Assembly: GCA_965602015.1 (NCBI GenBank)
Contig: OZ271918.1
Span: 3,392,001-3,456,000 of the forward strand
Length of the DNA: 64,000 nt
Source of the DNA: Salinispira sp.
Lineage (GTDB): Bacteria; Spirochaetota; Spirochaetia; DSM-27196; Salinispiraceae
Reading direction: 5' to 3'
The stretch's first letter is position 1. Each line of letters starts with the position of its first letter. Position numbers and translations under genes: made by a program. This document shows, piece after piece, positions 59,390-64,000 of the stretch. The notes beneath the pieces are model-generated. The model searched no databases and had not been told where the DNA came from. It was given only the letters and a program-made list of their open reading frames with translations.

Positions 59390-59998
59390 TTAAAATCCTA
59401 TTTCATTTTCTAGGTGATGTAAGATCATTTCGATTTGATACATTAAATATTGCTCAGGATGATCCAATGCTATCTCAATATAGTTTTCATCAAAGTTTTC
59501 CCTAGTTAAAATTACCTCGCTCATCATTGAATTTGTTCTAATATCCAATAAATCATTTTTCAGCTTTAGCAATTTATTTTTGTCATACCTGATGAGATAT
59601 TGAACTGCAAACTTATTTGCGTCTAACTCCATTTCATATGGTGATAATTCCCATATATCATTCTGCACTTGAATGTAATGACCAAATTCATGAGCAATAA
59701 AAAACCAATTAAAGAGATCATGAAATATCTCGGGATCGGTTAGATTTGTTGAAATAAATTGCTTCTGCTCAGTGTTCAGTTCATTATATTTGGGTACCAC
59801 AATAGTATTACTTGCTCTGTCATAGAATATTAGGAGATCTGTCGTTCGAAATTCTATTTTTGGAATGTCGCTGTACCCAATTTCGGATAAATCTTCGTTC
59901 AGTGAATTATATAGCCTTTTTGACTCGCTTAAATATGTGCATGACGTGATTGAAATGATAATGATCAATAATCCCATGATAATTTTTATCCATTTCAT
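59390..59998 (-). CDS. Cassette: lipoprotein with HExxH metallopeptidase motif
   Basis: Lipobox ITSC; IAHEFGH...E..AN.FA; start uncertain. Confidence 0.7.
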   Translation of the reverse strand: MKWIKIIMGLLIIIISITSCTYLSESKRLYNSLNEDLSEIGYSDIPKIEFRTTDLLIFYDRASNTIVVPKYNELNTEQKQFISTNLTDPEIFHDLFNWFFIAHEFGHYIQVQNDIWELSPYEMELDANKFAVQYLIRYDKNKLLKLKNDLLDIRTNSMMSEVILTRENFDENYIEIALDHPEQYLMYQIEMILHHLENEIGF

Positions 59999-60042
59999 TA
60001 AAAAAATCATATCAGTTTGGTCCAATACTTAATCTTTTGTCG

Positions 60043-60159
60043 ACATAACAACCACTTAACCTGTGAGCCGTACATTGGCATGGAGTTTGCCCTGCCCTTC
60101 AGGGCAGGACAAGCAAACTCCATGCCAATAGGCGAATCAGGTTGAAGTGCTTGTTATGC
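60043..60159 (-). repeat. attC 11 (body identical to attC 4)
   Basis: ACATAAC...GTTATGC. Confidence 0.9.
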
Positions 60160-60588
60160 ACCCTCTAATATTTCGCTTTTTATTTTTTCTATTGTCTGAA
60201 GCGCATTATTTATCAAAGGGAAAAGCAGTTCCTGATCGAGCATAAATCCATATGAATGACGAAAGAAATGTCGAAAACTCTGATAATCACGGACCGATTC
60301 ATAGGTTTCTTTTGAAATGATTTTTCGATCTGTTATTAGCGTTAATAATTCTGAATGCCATTTTGGTCCATCAGGAATTTTAATTTCCTGATCTGTTAAT
60401 ATTAGTACGAAAATTTTTTCTATTCCGTTATAGATCGAATGTAGCGTGGTGGCCGCTGCTCTTACTTGAATTTCATCAATCCGATTTGCTGTGAAAAGTG
60501 GTATGAGAATTTTGGTAAGTTCGGCTTCCTTTAGGATTTGAGAAAATTCAAATTGGATATCATCTTTTGCTTCAGGCGACACGTTCAA
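60154..60588 (-). CDS. Cassette: HEPN toxin (duplicate of 53373-53807)
   Basis: Identical protein. Confidence 0.85.
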   Translation of the reverse strand: MNVSPEAKDDIQFEFSQILKEAELTKILIPLFTANRIDEIQVRAAATTLHSIYNGIEKIFVLILTDQEIKIPDGPKWHSELLTLITDRKIISKETYESVRDYQSFRHFFRHSYGFMLDQELLFPLINNALQTIEKIKSEILEGA

Positions 60589-60862
60589 GTTTTTTTCTAT
60601 CTCTTAATCTTCGACTAAAATCATGATCATAATCCAAGCCGATTAAGTCTACACTTCGGCTTAGTTTTTCAATGAGCTCCCCGTATGCCGTAAAAAATTT
60701 GCTTTTAGGGAGGCCGACGACCGCGATATCGATATCCGAATTATCCGTGAAATTTCCTTCAATTAAGGATCCAAAGATATAGATTTCACGGCATCCAAAC
60801 TTCAGAAGAATTTCTTTTGCGAGATCTATATCTTCTTTGGTCTTTGTATCTGCCTTAATCAT
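60572..60862 (-). CDS. Cassette: MNT antitoxin (duplicate of 53791-54081)
   Basis: Identical protein. Confidence 0.88.
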   Translation of the reverse strand: MIKADTKTKEDIDLAKEILLKFGCREIYIFGSLIEGNFTDNSDIDIAVVGLPKSKFFTAYGELIEKLSRSVDLIGLDYDHDFSRRLRDRKKLERVA

Positions 60863-60943
60863 TAATCCAATTCTATTTTATAGATTTGAAAAACACAAGA
60901 ATTCGGTAAGACTGCTTGTTAATCTAAAATATTAAAAAAGTGT

Positions 60944-61056
60944 GCATAACAACCGCTTGAGCGGCGAGCCGTAATTGGCGTGGAGTTTGCCCGCCGCCAG
61001 GCGGATCAGCAAACTCCATGACAATAGGCGAGTCCGTCTCGAAGCGCTTGTTATGT
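60944..61056 (-). repeat. attC 12
   Basis: GCATAAC...GTTATGT. Confidence 0.9.
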
Positions 61057-61066
61057 AGCCCACTAT

Positions 61067-61348
61067 TTATAGACTATTCGATTCATTTTCTCTTTTTTCA
61101 TTTTTTCTTTTTATAATTTTATAAATCAGAAATACCGAAATGAAACCCATAAAAAGGGTATATATAAATCCAATTGACACAAATACACTTGCCCATAATT
61201 CAGTTTCTAATTTTGTAGAATCAGCCGTATTAAAAATAAAAAACATAATTCCAGCAAACGAGAAGAAACCTATAATCAACCCGGGGATGAATTTTAACAT
61301 CAAAATTTGAATTTTCTTTCCAATTTTTTTAAAGCTCAATATTGGCAT
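61067..61348 (-). CDS. Cassette: small two-TM hypothetical protein
   Basis: Overlaps the HD gene stop; hydrophobic. Confidence 0.55.
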   Translation of the reverse strand: MPILSFKKIGKKIQILMLKFIPGLIIGFFSFAGIMFFIFNTADSTKLETELWASVFVSIGFIYTLFMGFISVFLIYKIIKRKNEKRENESNSL

Positions 61349-61937
61349 TTGTCGTTCTCTCTGTTTTTTCTGAATATAAAAAATCTAAATTAGTCTTAGT
61401 TTTCTGCTTAAAATAAGAAAGCAGTTCGTATTTCTTTTCTAAATTTTGTATGAATTGCTTAGATGGAGATTTTACTCTGGATAAAACATCCTCGATTCGA
61501 TCTTCGATTTTACAGAGTCGGTCTGGAAGTCCCAAGAAATCACAGAGCTGAATTAACTTATCATAATCATTATAATTATATTTCTGAAGTAGCGTTTCTA
61601 CCGTTGATAATTCCGATTCAGTGTAATCATTATAATCTTGGTATATGGAAATGTCTTTTAGCGTATAGCAATGAGTTATACATATTCTTGCATGGTTATT
61701 ATGACCTTGCGCCAACATGAAATAATATCCGTCAATTGCATGCCTTATTTTATATATTCCTTTCCGTCTTCCAATATCGTGGAGTAATCCATAGGTATAG
61801 GCTAAATCAGAATCTAAATTTGCGGCAGATGCAATTTTTTCAGCTGCTATTGCAACATTATACGAGTGACCAACCCATTTCCCAGGATTCAATTTTCCCG
61901 CTTCTGTTATATAAGCTTCTGCTCTGCTTCTATTCAT
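61329..61937 (-). CDS. Cassette: HD-domain phosphohydrolase
   Basis: HS..VA, GLLHDIGR, H..DGY, ITH, LCD. Confidence 0.88.
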   Translation of the reverse strand: MNRSRAEAYITEAGKLNPGKWVGHSYNVAIAAEKIASAANLDSDLAYTYGLLHDIGRRKGIYKIRHAIDGYYFMLAQGHNNHARICITHCYTLKDISIYQDYNDYTESELSTVETLLQKYNYNDYDKLIQLCDFLGLPDRLCKIEDRIEDVLSRVKSPSKQFIQNLEKKYELLSYFKQKTKTNLDFLYSEKTERTTNANIEL

Positions 61938-61954
61938 ATTTTCTTCCGGGGTCT

Positions 61955-62071
61955 ACATAACAACCACTTAACCTGTGAGCCGTACATTGGCGTGGAGTTT
62001 GCCCTGCCCTTCAGGGCAGGAACAGCAAAATCCATGACAATAGGCGAATCAGGTTGAAGTGCTTGTTAAAT
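61955..62071 (-). repeat. attC 13
   Basis: ACATAAC...GTTAAAT. Confidence 0.9.
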
Positions 62072-62078
62072 GCCCATT

Positions 62079-62507
62079 TCATTTCCCAATTATATTTTCA
62101 ATCTCTTCAAGAAATTGATTTGTTAAGGATGGAATCTTCTTAATAATCGATTCGATCGAATCTTTTTTGAGTTCAAACGCATATGCATGCCTGACAAAAT
62201 GATGGAAGCTGAGAAAAGATTTAAGTTCGTCAAAGATCTTATCAGATATGATCTGATTGTCTTTAGATGATTTCAATAAGTTCAGATGCCAAGAATCGTC
62301 TTTGGCAATCAGAATCTGTTTGGATTCCAATACAAATCGAAGAATTTTCTCTATTCCGTTATAGATTGCAGTTGTTGTAAGAGCCAATCCGCGAATTTCA
62401 ATTTCATCTAGTTCTTTATTTTCTATTTTCTTTGCATACAACTCGATAAATGACTTTTCTTCATCGATATTCTGAATTTCAATCTGTATTTTTTGGATAG
62501 GATCCAT
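62079..62507 (-). CDS. Cassette: HEPN (HepT-like) protein, variant motif
   Basis: YNGIEK, WH..LL, FHHFVRHAY. Confidence 0.82.
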   Translation of the reverse strand: MDPIQKIQIEIQNIDEEKSFIELYAKKIENKELDEIEIRGLALTTTAIYNGIEKILRFVLESKQILIAKDDSWHLNLLKSSKDNQIISDKIFDELKSFLSFHHFVRHAYAFELKKDSIESIIKKIPSLTNQFLEEIENIIGK

Positions 62508-62804
62508 CTATGCCACCCGGAGAATTTCATCGGATTGTAGCAATATTCTGCCGAATTTTTCCTGAAGTTGCAGATCGACAAGATCGATTTGATGTTCGAG
62601 CAAGAACATCAATTCTCCATAAACTTCAAAAAATTTTTCAGCGGGTATTCCCTTCACGGCTATATCGAGATCTGATTTTTCGTTTGCTTTTCCAGTTACG
62701 GCAGATCCAAAAATATAAATTTCTGAGCAACCGATGTCTTTTAAATAGGAAATTGCTTTTTCAACATCAGTTGCATATCTGGAATCCAATTTTAATTCGG
62801 TCAT
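62508..62804 (-). CDS. Cassette: MNT antitoxin
   Basis: IFGS......SDLDIAV...IDLVD. Confidence 0.88.
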   Translation of the reverse strand: MTELKLDSRYATDVEKAISYLKDIGCSEIYIFGSAVTGKANEKSDLDIAVKGIPAEKFFEVYGELMFLLEHQIDLVDLQLQEKFGRILLQSDEILRVA

Positions 62805-62812
62805 ATAATGAT

Positions 62813-62841
62813 ATTATATATTGTAGAGATTCAGTACTCAA
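62813..62841 (-). promoter_or_regulatory. Cassette-internal sigma70 promoter
   Basis: TTGAGT-17-TATAAT, 8 nt before the ATG. Confidence 0.7.
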
Positions 62842-62902
62842 CGAGTTTTTCTGTTACTCATTCCAGGAACATGAAAAAGACGGTTATTTTCTTTTTTGGT
62901 GC

Positions 62903-63015
62903 ATTTAACAACCACTTGAGCGGCACACCGTCAATTGGCATGCGTTTTTGCCCGAGCGTAGCGAGAAGCAAAAACCATGACAATAGGTGTGTCCGTCTCG
63001 AAGTGCTTGTTATGT
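62903..63015 (-). repeat. attC 14
   Basis: ATTTAAC...GTTATGT. Confidence 0.9.
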
Positions 63016-63030
63016 GGCGGTATCAATCGG

Positions 63031-63330
63031 TTAGTCATTCGCCAAATACCTTGGGAAGCCATGCCAACCAGTACTCATTATAAAAGTTTTATCGTTTATG
63101 CTGATTCTATATTCTACTTGGAGCTGTTTTGAAAGTGGACCAGTATTTTCATAAAAGAGCTTTCTCACCTTTGCATTCATTCCATAAATCAAAGAAAGAT
63201 CATTTGCGATATGTCCATCAGAAACCAATTGGAGAAATATTTTTCTTTTGAGTCGTGAATTAAAATAAAGGACGAATATAAACAGAACTATGAAAAATGT
63301 GACTACTTGAAAAATCATATCATTATTCAT
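63031..63330 (-). CDS. Cassette: small protein with N-terminal TM helix
   Basis: 99-aa ORF with a hydrophobic N-terminus. Confidence 0.55.
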   Translation of the reverse strand: MNNDMIFQVVTFFIVLFIFVLYFNSRLKRKIFLQLVSDGHIANDLSLIYGMNAKVRKLFYENTGPLSKQLQVEYRISINDKTFIMSTGWHGFPRYLAND

Positions 63331-63377
63331 GTCATTCCCTTGTTATAAATTTACAGCATTCAATTATAAAACTAAGT

Positions 63378-63893
63378 CTATTTTGTTTCTATAAGTGAAT
63401 ATATATAGTAATTATAAAATTTTCCCTCGATCATAAAGTGATCCCGCAACTCTGCGTCTCGTAAAAACCCTGCGGATTCTAGAATTTTCTGAGATGGTAT
63501 ATTCAGTTCACTTGTCCACGCTGTAAGTTTGCGTATAGGAAGACTGTCATTAAATAACAAACGTACAAACTCGGATAATCCAAAACTACCGAAACCTTTT
63601 GCTCTATTGATTTCGGGAAAAAAATAACCAATTTCTATATTTTGATTTCGAGCGTTATAATCAAATGCTTCAAACTTACCCAAACATTCAGAGGGGTTGG
63701 ATGTATCGATAAGGCTTTTTAAGAATACATTAGGAATAGATTTTTGCTTATTTTTCTTCAACAACCACTGTTCATACTCTGGGATTTCCTTAACTAGTCT
63801 ACAGGAATAGTTTTCACGATTTGGCTCTTTAAGCATCCATTCATGCATTTGTAATAAATGCCCTTCTGTGGGTTCAATTAATTTCAAGTACAT
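63378..63893 (-). CDS. Cassette: GNAT acetyltransferase (RimJ/RimL-like)
   Basis: EIGY.......KGFG, N.PS.K.LE..GF....ELRDH. Confidence 0.85.
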   Translation of the reverse strand: MYLKLIEPTEGHLLQMHEWMLKEPNRENYSCRLVKEIPEYEQWLLKKNKQKSIPNVFLKSLIDTSNPSECLGKFEAFDYNARNQNIEIGYFFPEINRAKGFGSFGLSEFVRLLFNDSLPIRKLTAWTSELNIPSQKILESAGFLRDAELRDHFMIEGKFYNYYIYSLIETK

Positions 63894-63942
63894 ATTGACA
63901 TTCCCAAAACCATCGTTTCTGCTTAAATCAAAGTTTACGTCC

Positions 63943-64000
63943 ACATAACAACCACTTAACCTGTGAGCCGTACGTTGGCATGGAGTTTGCCCTGCCCTTC
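63943..64000 (-). repeat. attC 15 (cut by window edge)
   Basis: ACATAACAACCACTTAACCTGTGAGCC... Confidence 0.85.

Larger units (their letters stand above)
47754..64000 (-). mobile_element. Integron gene-cassette array (15 attC, 14 cassettes, continues beyond window; no intI seen)
   Basis: Recurrent 98-155-bp imperfect palindromes RYYTAAC...GTTARRY separating AT-rich, co-oriented ORFs. Confidence 0.93.

Noticed and set aside
47754..64000. CRISPR array interpretation of the recurring palindromic repeats
   Set aside because: Repeats are 98-155 bp, separated by gene-sized 0.5-1 kb segments, and have attC core sites; no cas genes are present.
1..64000. tRNA or rRNA genes
   Set aside because: None recognised by eye; not checked with a covariance-model search.

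Overview
The window has two parts. Positions 1-44300 are GC-rich housekeeping genes, probably from a free-living spirochaete (inferred from gene style, not proven). They include an aldo/keto reductase, an Lhr helicase, DMT/RarD/MATE transporters, two diguanylate cyclases, a complete hutHUIG operon, a LacI/GH3/sugar-ABC locus and an ECF sigma gene paired with a FliG_C protein. Inside this part sits an exact 1560-bp tandem duplication carrying two IS110-family (IS1111-type) elements. The element sits in the terminal inverted repeat of a 153-bp MITE, and its downstream non-coding region carries readable target and donor guide segments, i.e. a bridge/seek RNA that appears programmed against that MITE. 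Positions ~44300-64000 are an AT-rich accessory region. It begins with an intact MITE copy and a nested IS21-in-IS256 scar. An integron-type cassette array follows on the minus strand, with 15 attC sites and 14 cassettes, continuing past the right edge; no integrase is in the window. The cassettes include four toxin-antitoxin pairs with their own promoters, one exact cassette duplication and one ORF-less, extensively base-paired cassette. A three-gene (Zn-ribbon/DDE/ExeA-ATPase) transposon is inserted inside one attC. Family assignments come from motif recognition by eye, not from database searches.
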